Below, piece by piece: positions 28,179-40,270 of a stretch of 64,000 nt of DNA. Source of the DNA: an uncultured bacterium (GTDB lineage Bacteria; Chloroflexota; Anaerolineae; Anaerolineales; UBA4823); the NCBI GenBank assembly GCA_965603285.1, contig CBFDCK010000004.1, positions 8,507 through 72,506 on the forward strand, written 5' to 3'. Under the pieces are notes generated by a model that did not search any database, was not told the origin of the DNA, and saw only the letters and a list, made by a program, of their open reading frames with translations. Position 1 is the stretch's first letter. Each line of letters begins with the position of its first letter. A program made the translations under genes and the position numbers.

Positions 28179-30893
28179 ATGGGAAAAAAACACAGCAAAA
28201 CCGCCGAACATCAAAGATTAGCAGATTCTGAAGCCCGGCTAGCTGACTGGAAAAACTGGGGACCTTACCTCAGTGAACGCTCCTGGGGGACTGTGCGTGA
28301 AGATTACAGCCCAGACGGGACTGCCTGGGATTACTTCCCGCACAACCATGCTCGCAGCCGCACTTACCGCTGGAATGAAGACGGATTGGGTGGATTTTGC
28401 AACAGGTTTCAAAATATTTGCCTTGCTGTCGCTCTGTGGAACGAACAAGACCCTATCCTTAAGGAGCGTCTTTTCGGTCTGACAGGTCTTGAGGGCAACC
28501 ACGGTGAGGATGTCAAGGAATATTACTTCTACCTGGACGGAACGCCCACCCACTCATATATGAAAATGCTTTACAAGTACCCTCAGGTCGAATTTCCTTA
28601 CTCCCTGCTCGTAGAGGAAAATCAACGCAGAGGGAGGAAAGCCCCTGAATTTGAGCTTATCGAGGCGCTGAGGGATGCGTTTGCACAGAACCAATACTTC
28701 GATGTTTTTATTGAATACGCAAAAGCTGACCAGGAAGATATCCTGTGCCGCATTACCGCCATTAATCGCGCCTCCAAACCGGCTCCAATCCATATACTGC
28801 CGCATCTCTGGTACCGCAACACCTGGTCGTGGGGTTACAATCCGACCCGCCCGGTAATCCAAGTAGTTGAGGATACACGGCGAGATGTTTTAATCACACA
28901 CACCCAATCCCGGCATCTGGGGGACAGGTGGTGGTACCTTTCTGGTTTTCACTCAATAGGAAAGTCGCCTTCATCCCAGCAGGTGGATCGGCTTGAGGCT
29001 CCCCTTCTATTCACCGAAAACGAAACAAACATGGAAAGGCTATTCGGAACACCAAACGCTGGTCCTTATGTCAAAGACGGCATCCACGAAGTCGTGGTTA
29101 GCGGGCTATCAAGCCGGGTTAATCCAGACCAAAAGGGCAGTAAAGCTGCGGCTCATTACCAAACCACGCTTGCTCCTGGTGAGAGTCTGTCTGTAGAAGT
29201 TCGTTTCAGTAGTCTCCCACACGCGAACCCATTTGTTGATTTCGATAATATTTTCGAACTGCGTATACGGGAAGCGGACGAATTTTATACTGCTGTACAG
29301 AACCCAATTCTAAGCGAGGACGAGCGCCTGGTCCAAAGGCAGGCGTTAGCCGGGTTATTGTGGAGTAAACAGTTCTATCACTACAGTGTCGAACTATGGT
29401 TACAAGGAGATCCCGGACAACCAAAACCGCCAGCATCGCGTTTAGACGGGCGCAACTCAGACTGGAAGCAGCTTTATAACCTGGATGTGCTCTCAATGCC
29501 CGACAAGTGGGAATACCCCTGGTTTGCTGCCTGGGATCTTGCGTTTCACACAATCCCATTAGCGATTATTGACCCTGAATGGGCTAAACGCCAGCTTATC
29601 CTGCTCTTACGCGAATGGTACATGCACCCCAACGGGCAATTACCAGCTTATGAATGGGCTTTCGGTGACACAAATCCACCGGTACACGCCTGGGCTGCGC
29701 TGCAGGTCTATCATATCGATTGCGACTTGAATGAACGCCAAGACACAGATTTTTTAGAAAAGGTTTTTCACAAACTGCTTCTAAACTTCACATATTGGGT
29801 CAACCGCAAAGACCAAGACGGTAATAATGTCTTCCAGGGGGGCTTCCTGGGTCTGGATAACATCGGCGTTTTCGACCGCAGCAAGCCATTACCCTCAGGG
29901 GAGTATTTGGATCAAGCCGATGGAACCGCCTGGATGGCAATGTATTGTCTCAATATGCTCAACATAGCATTAGAACTCGCCCGTTCTCGTCCGGCTTATG
30001 AGGACGTTGCCACCAAGTTTTTCGAACATTTTATATACATCGTCAGCGCTTTTTACGATATGGGCTGTCAAGGGATGAGCCTTTGGGACGAGGAGGATGG
30101 CTTCTTCTATGATGCGTTGCATACCTCAGACGGGCGAATCACCCCACTGAAAATCCGTTCCTTCGTAGGGTTGATACCACTTTTTGCCACCACGACAATA
30201 GAACCGGAATTGCTGGAGAATCTGCCACGCTTCAAGCGACGTGTGGATTGGTTCATTAACTACCGTCCAGATCTGGTGAAGAACGTCGCTTCATTGACTG
30301 AGCCAGGTGCTCATGGTCACTACCAATTGTCAATTTTGAACCGGGAAAACCTGAGGCGCGTCTTGGAGCGCGTTTTTGATCAAACTGAGTTCCTGTCCGA
30401 TTATGGGCTCAGGTCACTCTCCCGGTTCCATCTTAAACACCCTTACGAGTTACGATTAGATGGACATACTCAAACCGTGGGCTACGAACCTGCCGAATCC
30501 AGCTATGGTTTGTTTGGCGGCAACTCCAACTGGCGTGGTCCAATCTGGTTCCCGGTCAACTACCTGGTAATTGAAGCTCTTCGCCAATATGGACATCACT
30601 ACGGCGATACACTCAAAGTGAAGGTGCCTCATGGATCAGACCGATTGCTTACATTAAACGAGGCGGCAGATGATTTGTGCCGTAGACTTGCAAGTATTTT
30701 TTTACGTGACGAAAGCAGCGGTGGGCAGCGTCCAGTATTCGGCGGAGAGGATTACTTCCAACGCGATCCACATTGGCGGGATAATATATTATTTTTCGAA
30801 TATTTCCACGGAAATAATGGGACCGGTCTTGGAGCCAGCCACCAGACCGGGTGGACTGCTCTGGTCGCTAAAATGATCCAGGATGCTGGATGA
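28179..30893 (+). CDS. Large glucosidase-like glycoside hydrolase (GH63/MGH1-like)
   Basis: 904 aa. The N-terminal [18 protein letters not shown] pattern is recalled from bacterial GH63-like glucosidases. ATGA-coupled to a debranching-type enzyme. Confidence 0.65.
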   Translation: MGKKHSKTAEHQRLADSEARLADWKNWGPYLSERSWGTVREDYSPDGTAWDYFPHNHARSRTYRWNEDGLGGFCNRFQNICLAVALWNEQDPILKERLFGLTGLEGNHGEDVKEYYFYLDGTPTHSYMKMLYKYPQVEFPYSLLVEENQRRGRKAPEFELIEALRDAFAQNQYFDVFIEYAKADQEDILCRITAINRASKPAPIHILPHLWYRNTWSWGYNPTRPVIQVVEDTRRDVLITHTQSRHLGDRWWYLSGFHSIGKSPSSQQVDRLEAPLLFTENETNMERLFGTPNAGPYVKDGIHEVVVSGLSSRVNPDQKGSKAAAHYQTTLAPGESLSVEVRFSSLPHANPFVDFDNIFELRIREADEFYTAVQNPILSEDERLVQRQALAGLLWSKQFYHYSVELWLQGDPGQPKPPASRLDGRNSDWKQLYNLDVLSMPDKWEYPWFAAWDLAFHTIPLAIIDPEWAKRQLILLLREWYMHPNGQLPAYEWAFGDTNPPVHAWAALQVYHIDCDLNERQDTDFLEKVFHKLLLNFTYWVNRKDQDGNNVFQGGFLGLDNIGVFDRSKPLPSGEYLDQADGTAWMAMYCLNMLNIALELARSRPAYEDVATKFFEHFIYIVSAFYDMGCQGMSLWDEEDGFFYDALHTSDGRITPLKIRSFVGLIPLFATTTIEPELLENLPRFKRRVDWFINYRPDLVKNVASLTEPGAHGHYQLSILNRENLRRVLERVFDQTEFLSDYGLRSLSRFHLKHPYELRLDGHTQTVGYEPAESSYGLFGGNSNWRGPIWFPVNYLVIEALRQYGHHYGDTLKVKVPHGSDRLLTLNEAADDLCRRLASIFLRDESSGGQRPVFGGEDYFQRDPHWRDNILFFEYFHGNNGTGLGASHQTGWTALVAKMIQDAG

Positions 30894-32929
30894 AACTCGA
30901 TTTTGGTCGTCCGATTTGTGGAAACCTGACCAACGCCGCATCCCGAGAGTGGTTGGTGACGAACGGGATAGGTGGATTTGCCTGCGGTACTATTGCCGGC
31001 TTACTGACACGCCGCTATCACGGGCTCTTGATCGCAGCGCTACAGCCGCCGCTGGCAAGGAAATTGTTGGTCACCAAGTTCGATGAAACGGCGTTCTACC
31101 AAGACATTAGTTATCCATTGTATACCAATCGCTGGGCAGATGGAACTCTAGAACCACAAGGCTTCCGTTATATTGAACGTTTCCATCTCGAAGGCACAAC
31201 GCCCGTATGGACTTTCACCTGCGCCGACAGCCAGCTTGAGAAACGGGTGTGGATGGGTACCGGAGAAAATACCACATACGTTCACTATCAACTGAGCCAG
31301 GGCAGCGCTCCTTTCACCCTAACTGCCAAAGTCCTGGCCAACTACCGCGATTTCCATGGTTCCACTCAAGGAAGTTGGGATTGGCAGATCGATCCTGTAC
31401 CAGGTGGGCTTAGATTTCAAGCTTTCGAAGGCGGGATCCCCTTCTACCTGCTGAGTAAACAGGCTGAAATTACCCCTAAAGATGAATGGTTCCGGGATTT
31501 CGCATTGAGCGCCGAACAATATCGCGGCTTCGAAGGCAACGAAGATCACCTCAATGCCGGCGAGTTCCGTGCGACATTGATACCCGGCGAATCTGTAAGC
31601 ATAATCGCCACCACAAACCCGGACACCAGTCTTGATGAATCAGAAGCCTATACTGAACGGCGACAACATGAAGGGGATTTAATCGCCTCGTTCGAGCGAG
31701 CCAGCCAACATACAAGTTACAGGTCCCACCCGGTGGATGAAATAACTGAGCGGCTTTTACTGGCGGCTGACCAGTTCATCGTCCAGCGCACGGCCATTAA
31801 CGAATCTAGTGACTATATACCAATCGGGTCTGGAGCCTCGTCTGTTAGTAATACAACCGGTCATTCGATCATCGCCGGCTATCCCTGGTTCGGTGACTGG
31901 GGCCGCGATACAATGATCAGCCTGCCCGGTTTAGCCCTTTCCACCGGCAGGCACGAGATAGCACGCTCCATTCTACTCACTTTCTCCCGATTTGTAGATG
32001 AGGGCATGCTTCCAAACCGTTTCACTACTACCGGCGAGACACCCGAATACAACACCGCAGACGCTACCTTATGGTTTATCGAGGCCGTTCGTGCCTACCA
32101 CGCGGCCACCGGCGACGATGAATTTCTGGAAATGCTCTTCCCCGTTTTAATGGACATCATCACCTGGCACCAGCGTGGCACGCGCTACCAGATTCACGTC
32201 GACCGCGATGACGGCTTACTGTACGCCGGTCAACCTGGGGTACAACTAACCTGGATGGACGCCAAAGTGGACGACTGGGTGGTCACGCCGCGCACCGGCA
32301 AACCAGTGGAAATTAATGCGCTGTGGTACAACGCATTGCGCAGCATGTCGGATTTCGCCCGCCACCTTGGCGAACCGAGCAAACCTTTCGATGAGCTTGG
32401 TGACCGCACCCAATCCGGGTTTGCTCGATTTTGGAACCTGGTTGGGAACTGCTGCTACGACGTAATCGATGGTCCAAATGGTAACGACGACAGCCTGCGC
32501 CCCAACCAGATCCTGGCAGTTTCATTAACCCACAGCCCGCTCGATATGGTCCAACAAAAAGCAGTGATAGACGCCGCTGCCCGGTACCTGCTTACATCCC
32601 ACGGGCTGCGAAGTCTGGCTCCCCAGGACCCTTTGTACGCCGGTCATTATGGCGGCGACACCCAGCAGCGCGATAGCGTTTACCACCAGGGCACAGTCTG
32701 GGGTTGGTTGATTGGACCATTCGTCAGCGGACACTTGCGTGTATACAAAGACCGTCAACTGGCGCGCTCTTTTCTGCAGCCGCTGATATACAACATGGCA
32801 GACCATGGCTTGGGTACAATCAGCGAAATTTTCGACGGCGATCCGCCATTTGCGCCGCGCGGATGCATCGCCCAAGCGTGGAGCGTGGCAGAAGTACTGC
32901 GAGCCTGGTTAGAAACGGAACAATATTAG
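30890..32929 (+). CDS. Amylo-alpha-1,6-glucosidase / glycogen debranching enzyme family protein
   Basis: [19 protein letters not shown] motif and a C-terminal (alpha/alpha)6-type region. 679 aa. Confidence 0.8.
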   Translation: MKLDFGRPICGNLTNAASREWLVTNGIGGFACGTIAGLLTRRYHGLLIAALQPPLARKLLVTKFDETAFYQDISYPLYTNRWADGTLEPQGFRYIERFHLEGTTPVWTFTCADSQLEKRVWMGTGENTTYVHYQLSQGSAPFTLTAKVLANYRDFHGSTQGSWDWQIDPVPGGLRFQAFEGGIPFYLLSKQAEITPKDEWFRDFALSAEQYRGFEGNEDHLNAGEFRATLIPGESVSIIATTNPDTSLDESEAYTERRQHEGDLIASFERASQHTSYRSHPVDEITERLLLAADQFIVQRTAINESSDYIPIGSGASSVSNTTGHSIIAGYPWFGDWGRDTMISLPGLALSTGRHEIARSILLTFSRFVDEGMLPNRFTTTGETPEYNTADATLWFIEAVRAYHAATGDDEFLEMLFPVLMDIITWHQRGTRYQIHVDRDDGLLYAGQPGVQLTWMDAKVDDWVVTPRTGKPVEINALWYNALRSMSDFARHLGEPSKPFDELGDRTQSGFARFWNLVGNCCYDVIDGPNGNDDSLRPNQILAVSLTHSPLDMVQQKAVIDAAARYLLTSHGLRSLAPQDPLYAGHYGGDTQQRDSVYHQGTVWGWLIGPFVSGHLRVYKDRQLARSFLQPLIYNMADHGLGTISEIFDGDPPFAPRGCIAQAWSVAEVLRAWLETEQY

Positions 32930-33093
32930 GTGATCTATAGCATCAACATTTTTTAATGCGTAATAATGTCTTCCTTGATGTCGTCTAAAAAGTTGGGCAT
33001 ATCTACGCCGTGATTTGAAAATAACACAGGGAGCGGTTTTTTATCCTTTCCGGCTAAATCGTTTCTGCCTTATACATAAAAAAGGAGGTTACA

Positions 33094-34086
33094 GTGCTAC
33101 TAGCAGGTGATATCGGTGGAACGAAGGCAAACTTAGCCGTGTTTTCAGTTGAAAAATGTTCTGTTGTCCCACTCACGGAAATGACATATCGCAGCACTGA
33201 TTATCCCAACCTTGAGACAATAATCTCCGAATATCTCTCCCAATTTGATTTTAAAGTTACCCAAGCCAGCCTCGGGGTCGCTGGTCCCGTCGTAGAAGAC
33301 CAGGCCTCCATAACCAACCTCGCGTGGTCTATGACGGTTGACGGGCTCCGGGATACGTTTGACCTCACCCGTGTCCATCTACTCAATGACCTGGTCGCCA
33401 TGGCTGCGGCAGTTCCCCGGCTTGAGGATAAGGACCTGCATACATTGAACCCGGGTAAGCCGGTTTATGGTGGAACCATAGCCGTCATCGCGCCGGGTAC
33501 CGGTCTTGGAGAGGCTTATCTAACCTGGGATGGCTCACACTACTTCCCGTATGCCTCCGAAGGTGGGCACTCGGATTTTGCACCCACAAACCAGCTCGCA
33601 TTAAAGCTGCATCAATATCTTCTGGATCGCTTTGGTCACGTAAGCTGCGAGCGGGTTTGTTCGGGAAAAGGAATACCGAACATCTACGCCTTTCTCAGAG
33701 ACGAAAAATACGCCGAAGAACCAGACTGGCTGGCAGAACAATTAGTAAGGGCGAAGGATCCTACTCCCATTATTGCAAAGGCTGCTCTGGATAAAAAACG
33801 ATCCTGCAAGCTCTGCAGTCTGACAATGGACACATTTGTATCCATCCTGGGCGCTGAATCCGGGAACATGGCCCTTAAAGTACTATCCTCGGGTGGGGTT
33901 TACCTGGGTGGGGGAATCCCGCCCCGTATTTTGCCTTATCTCGATAGCGGCATCTTCATGCAGGCATTCCTGCACAAAGGGCGTCTAGCAAGCGTCTTAA
34001 GCCAGATGCCGGTGCACGTGATTCTAAACCGCCAGGCAGCCCTCCTAGGTGCTGCATATTATGGGCTTGACAGGTGGCAAGACTAA
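33094..34086 (+). CDS. glk: Glucokinase
   Basis: GTG start after AAGGAGG. LLAGDIGGTKANLAVF ATP-binding motif, 330 aa. Confidence 0.85.
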   Translation: MLLAGDIGGTKANLAVFSVEKCSVVPLTEMTYRSTDYPNLETIISEYLSQFDFKVTQASLGVAGPVVEDQASITNLAWSMTVDGLRDTFDLTRVHLLNDLVAMAAAVPRLEDKDLHTLNPGKPVYGGTIAVIAPGTGLGEAYLTWDGSHYFPYASEGGHSDFAPTNQLALKLHQYLLDRFGHVSCERVCSGKGIPNIYAFLRDEKYAEEPDWLAEQLVRAKDPTPIIAKAALDKKRSCKLCSLTMDTFVSILGAESGNMALKVLSSGGVYLGGGIPPRILPYLDSGIFMQAFLHKGRLASVLSQMPVHVILNRQAALLGAAYYGLDRWQD

Positions 34087-34110
34087 ACTTATCTTTTGAG
34101 GAGCATCAAC

Positions 34111-36900
34111 ATGTCTAATCTAGAACAATTATCAAAACTTGGTCAGGCGGTATGGTTTGATTACATTCGCCGTTCTTTCATCACAGGTGGTGAACTACAA
34201 AAACTGGTCGATCAAGGTGTGCGTGGGGTCACGTCGAACCCTGCTATTTTCGAAAAGGCTATTGCTGGAAGCGCAGACTACGACCAGGATCTTAACATTC
34301 TAGTTGAAGCCGGAAAGTCGGTTGAAGAGATTTACGAAACCCTAACGTTAGAGGATATTCGCCACGCAGCCAACATTCTGCATCCGGTTTACGATCAATC
34401 TAACGGTGAGGATGGATATATCAGCCTGGAAGTTAGTCCAACACTGGCAAACGACACAAATGGCACGGTGGCTGAAGCTAGCCGTCTGTTCAATGAGCTC
34501 GACCGCCCAAATATAATGATCAAAATACCAGCAACCCGGGCTGGCATCCCGGCAATTGAAATGGCTATCAGCAAAGGGATTAATGTCAACGTCACGCTGC
34601 TTTTCTCCCTCTTACATTATGAGGCTACGGCTCAAGCTTATATCGCCGGCTTGGAAAAATACGCTGCCTCAGGTGGTGATGTTTCAAAAATCGCTTCGGT
34701 GGCATCCTTCTTCGTCAGCCGGGTTGATACGGCTGTAGACCGCGAACTTGAAAATCTTGGGGGATCAAGCCTGCAGGGAAAAATTGCCATAGCTAACGCA
34801 AAAATTGCTTACGCTCGCTTCAAGGAAATCTTCAGTGGTGAGCGGTGGGAAAAATTAGCTTCGCAGGGCGCACGTGTCCAGCGTCCCTTGTGGGCAAGCA
34901 CCGGCACAAAAAACCCGGCCTATTCTGATACGCTATATGTAGACAATTTGATCGGTCTTGATACGGTCAACACAGTTCCGCCAGCCACACTGCAATCCTT
35001 CCTCGATCATGGGACCGTTTCCTCTACACTTGGAGTCGATATCGACGAAGCGCACCGCCAGTTGGCACAGCTCGCCAAGTTAGGCATCGATCTTGACGCC
35101 ATCACACAAAAACTCCAAGATGACGGTGTGGCAGCGTTCTTAAAATCCTTTGAGGTCTTAATGGCAAGCATTGCCGGAAAGCGGGAAAAACTTCTCGCTG
35201 GATGGGGGCTAATAAGCGCTGATCTTTCTGGATATGAGGGTTTGGTTAATTCCGCCCTGTCCGAAATGGAAGAAGACCAGATCATGTCACGTATCTGGTC
35301 AATCGACCACACTGTTTGGAAACCCAAGCCGAAGGAGATTACAAACCGTCTGGGTTGGCTGCACATCACCGAAAAAATGCTGGAAGATCTGCCGCGCCTG
35401 CAATCCTTAGCAGAAAACGTGGGTTTGGAAGGCTACACTAACGCCCTCCTGTTGGGCATGGGCGGTTCAAGTCTGGCTCCCGAGGTTTTCCGTAATACTT
35501 ACGGCGTTAGAAAAGGATATCTGGATCTCACCGTTTTAGACAGCACCGATCCAGATGCGGTGTTGAGTAAGGCGGAAAAACTAAACCCTTCCAAGACCCT
35601 GTTTATCGTTTCGACAAAATCCGGCGGCACAGTAGAGACACTTTCATTTTTTAAGTTCTTTTACAACCGTGTTCTCGAGGCGGTCGGAGCGGAAAACGCC
35701 GGGGCACATTTCGTCGCCATTACCGACCCGGGCAGCCATCTCGCCGAGCTGGCTGAACAATACGAATTCCGGGCCACTTTTTTCAATGATCCCAATATAG
35801 GTGGTCGCTACTCCGCGCTCTCATACTTCGGTCTGGTACCGGCATCTCTGATTGGTATGGACGTGGAGCTGCTTCTCGAACGGGCTTCGAATATGGTCTG
35901 TAATTGCGAAGGATGCAACAACCCAATATCCGGAGATAACCACGGAGCACATCTGGGCGCAATTTTGGGCGAACTTGCCAAAGCTGGACGAGATAAAGTG
36001 ACCTTGATCACCTCGCCCGGCATCCGCAGTTTTGGTGACTGGCTGGAACAGCTCATCGCTGAAAGCACTGGCAAAGAAGGTAAAGGCATCTTGCCCGTGG
36101 TAGGCGAAACCGTTGGATCACCAGAGGTATACGGCGACGATAGACTCTTCGTTTATCTCAAACTGGAAGGAGACGAAACCTTCGATTCGACCCTAAAGGT
36201 CCTAGAAGATACCGGCAGCCCGGTTGTGCGCCTGAACCTGGATGATCTTTACGACCTGGGAGAGCAGTTCTTCCTGTGGGAAATGGCTACTGCTGTGGCA
36301 GGATATCGCCTGGGAATCAACCCATTCGACCAGCCCAATGTCGAGTCTGCAAAAGTGTTGGCCCGTAAAATGTTAACCGCCTACCAGGAAAATGGAAAGC
36401 TTCCAGTCTCAAATCCTATTCTAGGTGCGGACGGCATCAGCGTATTCGGGGACGTTCAAGCCAACACACCTGAAAGTGCACTACAATCGTTTCTCTCTCA
36501 AGCCCAACCAGGCGCTTACATTGCACTGCAGGCTTTTGTCCAGCCGACGCAAGAGACTGACGCCGCCCTACTGCGACTGCGTACCAACCTGCGGGACGAG
36601 ACAAAAATGGCAGTTACAAACGGCTACGGACCGCGTTTTCTGCACTCTACGGGTCAGCTGCACAAAGGCGATGCCGGTAGAGGTCTGTTTATCCAATTCA
36701 CCTCTGACGGCGCCCAGGACGCCTCAATACCTGATGAGGCGGGCGCAAGCGAATCCTCGATCAACTTTGGGGTGCTTGAGATGTCGGCAGCGCTTGGCGA
36801 CAACCAGGCACTGCTCGATGCTGGTCGAAAGGTTATTCGCTTCCACCTCGGGACGGATATTCTTGGGGGGCTGAACCTGTTATCAGAATCTTTAGTATGA
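34111..36900 (+). CDS. Bifunctional transaldolase / glucose-6-phosphate isomerase
   Basis: The N-terminal half has transaldolase motifs (GVTSNPAIFEKAI, MIKIPAT). The C-terminal half has PGI motifs (GMGGSSLAPEV, VSTKSGGTVET). GAGGAG lies 7 nt before the ATG at 34111. Confidence 0.85.
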   Translation: MSNLEQLSKLGQAVWFDYIRRSFITGGELQKLVDQGVRGVTSNPAIFEKAIAGSADYDQDLNILVEAGKSVEEIYETLTLEDIRHAANILHPVYDQSNGEDGYISLEVSPTLANDTNGTVAEASRLFNELDRPNIMIKIPATRAGIPAIEMAISKGINVNVTLLFSLLHYEATAQAYIAGLEKYAASGGDVSKIASVASFFVSRVDTAVDRELENLGGSSLQGKIAIANAKIAYARFKEIFSGERWEKLASQGARVQRPLWASTGTKNPAYSDTLYVDNLIGLDTVNTVPPATLQSFLDHGTVSSTLGVDIDEAHRQLAQLAKLGIDLDAITQKLQDDGVAAFLKSFEVLMASIAGKREKLLAGWGLISADLSGYEGLVNSALSEMEEDQIMSRIWSIDHTVWKPKPKEITNRLGWLHITEKMLEDLPRLQSLAENVGLEGYTNALLLGMGGSSLAPEVFRNTYGVRKGYLDLTVLDSTDPDAVLSKAEKLNPSKTLFIVSTKSGGTVETLSFFKFFYNRVLEAVGAENAGAHFVAITDPGSHLAELAEQYEFRATFFNDPNIGGRYSALSYFGLVPASLIGMDVELLLERASNMVCNCEGCNNPISGDNHGAHLGAILGELAKAGRDKVTLITSPGIRSFGDWLEQLIAESTGKEGKGILPVVGETVGSPEVYGDDRLFVYLKLEGDETFDSTLKVLEDTGSPVVRLNLDDLYDLGEQFFLWEMATAVAGYRLGINPFDQPNVESAKVLARKMLTAYQENGKLPVSNPILGADGISVFGDVQANTPESALQSFLSQAQPGAYIALQAFVQPTQETDAALLRLRTNLRDETKMAVTNGYGPRFLHSTGQLHKGDAGRGLFIQFTSDGAQDASIPDEAGASESSINFGVLEMSAALGDNQALLDAGRKVIRFHLGTDILGGLNLLSESLV

Positions 36901-36937
36901 ACGCAAAGCGATCTGATAACATGCGAGGCAAACGAGC

Positions 36938-37696
36938 ATGATCAGAGCGATGATCTTTGACCTCGATGGGACGCTGGTACAAACTGAGCGCCTTAAAGCG
37001 CTCTCTTACGCCAGCGCGATGACCGAACTTTGCTCATATGAAGTTGACGAAACAGAGATCGTAGAAGTGTTCAAAGAGGTCGTGGGCTTATCGCGCCGTG
37101 AAGTTGCAACGTATCTGCTAAAAAGGTTTGAAGCAGAAAGTGCTGCCAGTCAGCACATGGATGAATTTGGTGTGAGCACGCCCTGGCAGGCTTATGTCCA
37201 GATGCGCATGCGCTATTATGAAGACATGCTCGCTGACCCCGATGTCTTGCGTAACAACCAATGGCCGCATAACATGGCCCTGTTGGAAGAAGCCAGGAGG
37301 GCACAATGCAAAGTCGGTTTGGCGACCATGTCCCACTGTCCCCAGGTTCAGCGTGTACTTCAGGTGCTTAATCTGTCTGAGGCTTTCAATTTCATCGCCA
37401 GTCGCGACGATGTAGAGAACGGTAAACCTGATCCAGAGATATACCTGCTGGTCGCCAAAGAACTAGATGTCCCTCCCGAAGAATGCCTGGTTATTGAAGA
37501 TTCGCCTACCGGCGTACAGGCAGCTCTAGCTGCCGGAATGTGGTGCATCGCGGTAACCACGCCTTTTACCCGTCAGTCAATGCACACCCAGAAGCTTTTG
37601 GATGAAAAGTGGGTCGTCGATGATCCATCCGCACTGCCTGAAGTTGTGAATCATATGATTACAGAGCGTAAAAAGGATCAATTAAAAATCCAATAA
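36938..37696 (+). CDS. HAD-superfamily hydrolase (beta-phosphoglucomutase-like subfamily IA)
   Basis: Motif I FDLDGTLV; GKPDPEIY; EDSPTGVQAA. Confidence 0.8.
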   Translation: MIRAMIFDLDGTLVQTERLKALSYASAMTELCSYEVDETEIVEVFKEVVGLSRREVATYLLKRFEAESAASQHMDEFGVSTPWQAYVQMRMRYYEDMLADPDVLRNNQWPHNMALLEEARRAQCKVGLATMSHCPQVQRVLQVLNLSEAFNFIASRDDVENGKPDPEIYLLVAKELDVPPEECLVIEDSPTGVQAALAAGMWCIAVTTPFTRQSMHTQKLLDEKWVVDDPSALPEVVNHMITERKKDQLKIQ

Positions 37697-37897
37697 TGAA
37701 TAGGTAGAACTTAGTCAATAAAATCCTGATGGATGTCGCAGAGAACTCTCGCAACGAGATTATTAACTCAGCTTCGCTCCAATCAGAGTGACAGTTCATC
37801 TTATTCTATGTGACCGAGCAATAGAATATAAACCAATCAGATCTCAGTAGGGACATTAATCACATAGATTTTCATAAACTATCAAAGGAAAAAACAA

Positions 37898-38806
37898 ATG
37901 GAAATAGCAATGATCGGACTAGGTAAAATGGGTGCTAATATGACCACCCGTATGCTGCGAGGCGGGCACAGTGTCGTAGCCTTTGACTTAAACGAGGATT
38001 CAATTCAGGCTGCCGAAGCACAGGGCGCTGACGGGGCCCGTACCCTGGATGAAATCATCACAAAGCTGGCTTCACCACGCGTTGTTTGGGTTATGGTCCC
38101 GGCTGGAAACCCAACCGAAAGCACAATAACAGCGCTTGCGGATATATTATCCCCTGGTGACATAATCATCGACGGTGGCAACAGTAATTACAAAGACAGC
38201 ATACGTCGCGCTGGAATGTTGGAGGAAAAGGGTATCTTTTTTGTGGACGTTGGCACCAGCGGCGGCGTTTGGGGTTTGGCTGAAGGATACAGTATGATGG
38301 TCGGCGGCGAAAGTGAAGCTGTGGATCGCATTCGCCCTGTACTGGAGACATTGGCTCCGGGACCTGACCTGGGCTGGGGGCATGTCGGTCCTGCGGGTTC
38401 TGGTCATTTCGTCAAAATGGTCCACAACGGGATCGAATACGGTCTGATGCAAGCCTACGCAGAAGGTTTTGAGATTATGCGTGCCAAAGAAGTATTCGGT
38501 CTGGATCTGCACCAAATCGCCGAAATCTGGCGCTTCGGCAGCGTCGTGCGTTCGTGGTTGCTTGATCTAACCGCAGATGCTCTGGCTGAAAATCCTGAGC
38601 TGGAGGGCATAAAAGACTGGGTTGCCGACAGCGGGGAAGGGCGCTGGACAGTATTTGAAGCCATTGACCTGGACGTGCCTGCACCAGTGATCACCCAAGC
38701 CCTTCAGGCTCGCTTCGTCAGCCGCCAGGAGGAGAGCTACGCCGCCAAATTGTTAGCCGCCATTCGCAACCAATTTGGTGGACACGCAATTAAACGAGAG
38801 GAATAA
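37898..38806 (+). CDS. gnd: 6-phosphogluconate dehydrogenase, decarboxylating, short (~300 aa) type
   Basis: [11 protein letters not shown] Rossmann start, [14 protein letters not shown] motif, 302 aa. Confidence 0.85.
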   Translation: MEIAMIGLGKMGANMTTRMLRGGHSVVAFDLNEDSIQAAEAQGADGARTLDEIITKLASPRVVWVMVPAGNPTESTITALADILSPGDIIIDGGNSNYKDSIRRAGMLEEKGIFFVDVGTSGGVWGLAEGYSMMVGGESEAVDRIRPVLETLAPGPDLGWGHVGPAGSGHFVKMVHNGIEYGLMQAYAEGFEIMRAKEVFGLDLHQIAEIWRFGSVVRSWLLDLTADALAENPELEGIKDWVADSGEGRWTVFEAIDLDVPAPVITQALQARFVSRQEESYAAKLLAAIRNQFGGHAIKREE

Positions 38807-38814
38807 CTTCCATC

Positions 38815-40260
38815 ATGAACGATTTACCTACCACAATCCTGATTTTCGGCGCCTCCGGTGATCTGACCAGGCGCAAACTGATACCCGCACTGTACAATCT
38901 CAGGCGCAAAGGGCGCTTACCAGAAGACACAAACATCGTCGGTTACGCCCGCCGCCCTTACAACGATCAGGATTTCCGTACTCACATGCAGGATGGCGTT
39001 ATGGAATTCAGCCAGAGCACTTATGACCCCGGATTGTGGGGGGCATTCGCTCCCTCACTGAGATACTTCCAGGGCGATTTATCCACGGGGCAGGATTTAG
39101 TACGGCTGCAGAACTATCTTCAAAAACTCGAGAGCGGACCTGCGAACCGGCTTTTTTATCTCGCCACCTCACCCACCTTTTACGAACAAATCGTCAGCAA
39201 TCTGGGCGCGGCTGGCATGGTATCCCAGGAAGCCGGTAAGCGTAATATCATCATCGAAAAACCCTTCGGCAGAGATCTATCATCCGCCCAGACTCTAAAC
39301 CGTTCTATCCACACAGTTTTTGACGAAAGTCAGATCTATCGCATCGACCATTATCTGGGTAAAGAGACCGCACAGAACATTCTATTCTTCCGGTTTGCTA
39401 ACACCATCTTTGAGCCGGTCTGGAATCGCAACTATGTGGATAATATCCAGATCACAGTAGCCGAAACCGTGGGGGTTGGTCACCGGGCTGGATATTACGA
39501 CACCTCCGGGGTCTTGCGGGATATGTTCCAGAACCACCTGCTGCAGCTCTTTGCCCTGGTGGCGATGGAACCACCTGCCTCATTCGAGGCCGATGCCCTG
39601 CGCAATGAAAAGGTTAAGGTACTGAGCGCCACTCGTCCCATCGCATTATCCGATACTGTGCGCGCCCAATACCAGGGCTACAGCGAGACGGAGGGCGTCA
39701 CGCCTGATTCAAGGACTCCTACCTTTGCGGCTCTTAAGCTGCATATCGACAACTGGCGTTGGCAGGGTGTGCCTTTCTACCTGCGCTCCGGTAAATACCT
39801 GGCGAAGAAAGTAAGTGAAATCTCGATCGAGTTCAAGCGTCCGCCTCACATGATGTTTGACCTTCCAACCAATTACGACTTCACACCTAACATCCTTTCA
39901 CTGTGCATTCAACCCGATGAGGGTATGCATCTCAAATTTGAAATCAAAGTACCCGACTCTATCCAGGAATCACGATCGGTGGACATGGATTTCCATTACC
40001 TCGATGCCTTTAGCGAAACAGCCTTACCTGAGGCTTACGAACGGCTGCTTCTGGATGCGTTAAAGGGAGATGCCTCTTTGTTCGCGCGCAGCGACGGAAT
40101 CGAACTTGCCTGGAAATTGATCGACCCGGTCATACAGGGTGATTCTACGCTAGAAGCAAATAAAATGGCTGTTTACGAGCCAGGCAGCTGGGGACCCGCA
40201 GGAGCTGACGATCTATTAACTCGCGATGGGCGTGTATGGCGCCTGGGATGTGTACACTAA
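38815..40260 (+). CDS. zwf: Glucose-6-phosphate 1-dehydrogenase
   Basis: [17 protein letters not shown]-binding motif, RIDHYLGKE active-site motif, 481 aa. Confidence 0.95.
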   Translation: MNDLPTTILIFGASGDLTRRKLIPALYNLRRKGRLPEDTNIVGYARRPYNDQDFRTHMQDGVMEFSQSTYDPGLWGAFAPSLRYFQGDLSTGQDLVRLQNYLQKLESGPANRLFYLATSPTFYEQIVSNLGAAGMVSQEAGKRNIIIEKPFGRDLSSAQTLNRSIHTVFDESQIYRIDHYLGKETAQNILFFRFANTIFEPVWNRNYVDNIQITVAETVGVGHRAGYYDTSGVLRDMFQNHLLQLFALVAMEPPASFEADALRNEKVKVLSATRPIALSDTVRAQYQGYSETEGVTPDSRTPTFAALKLHIDNWRWQGVPFYLRSGKYLAKKVSEISIEFKRPPHMMFDLPTNYDFTPNILSLCIQPDEGMHLKFEIKVPDSIQESRSVDMDFHYLDAFSETALPEAYERLLLDALKGDASLFARSDGIELAWKLIDPVIQGDSTLEANKMAVYEPGSWGPAGADDLLTRDGRVWRLGCVH

Positions 40261-40270
40261 TACCCATAAG

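Noticed and set aside
40226-40270. The upstream ATG start for pgl, and likewise TTG 34096 for tal-pgi.
   Set aside because: The pgl extension overlaps the zwf 3' end and adds residues not seen in lactonases. For tal-pgi, GAGGAG is correctly spaced for ATG 34111 and not for 34096.
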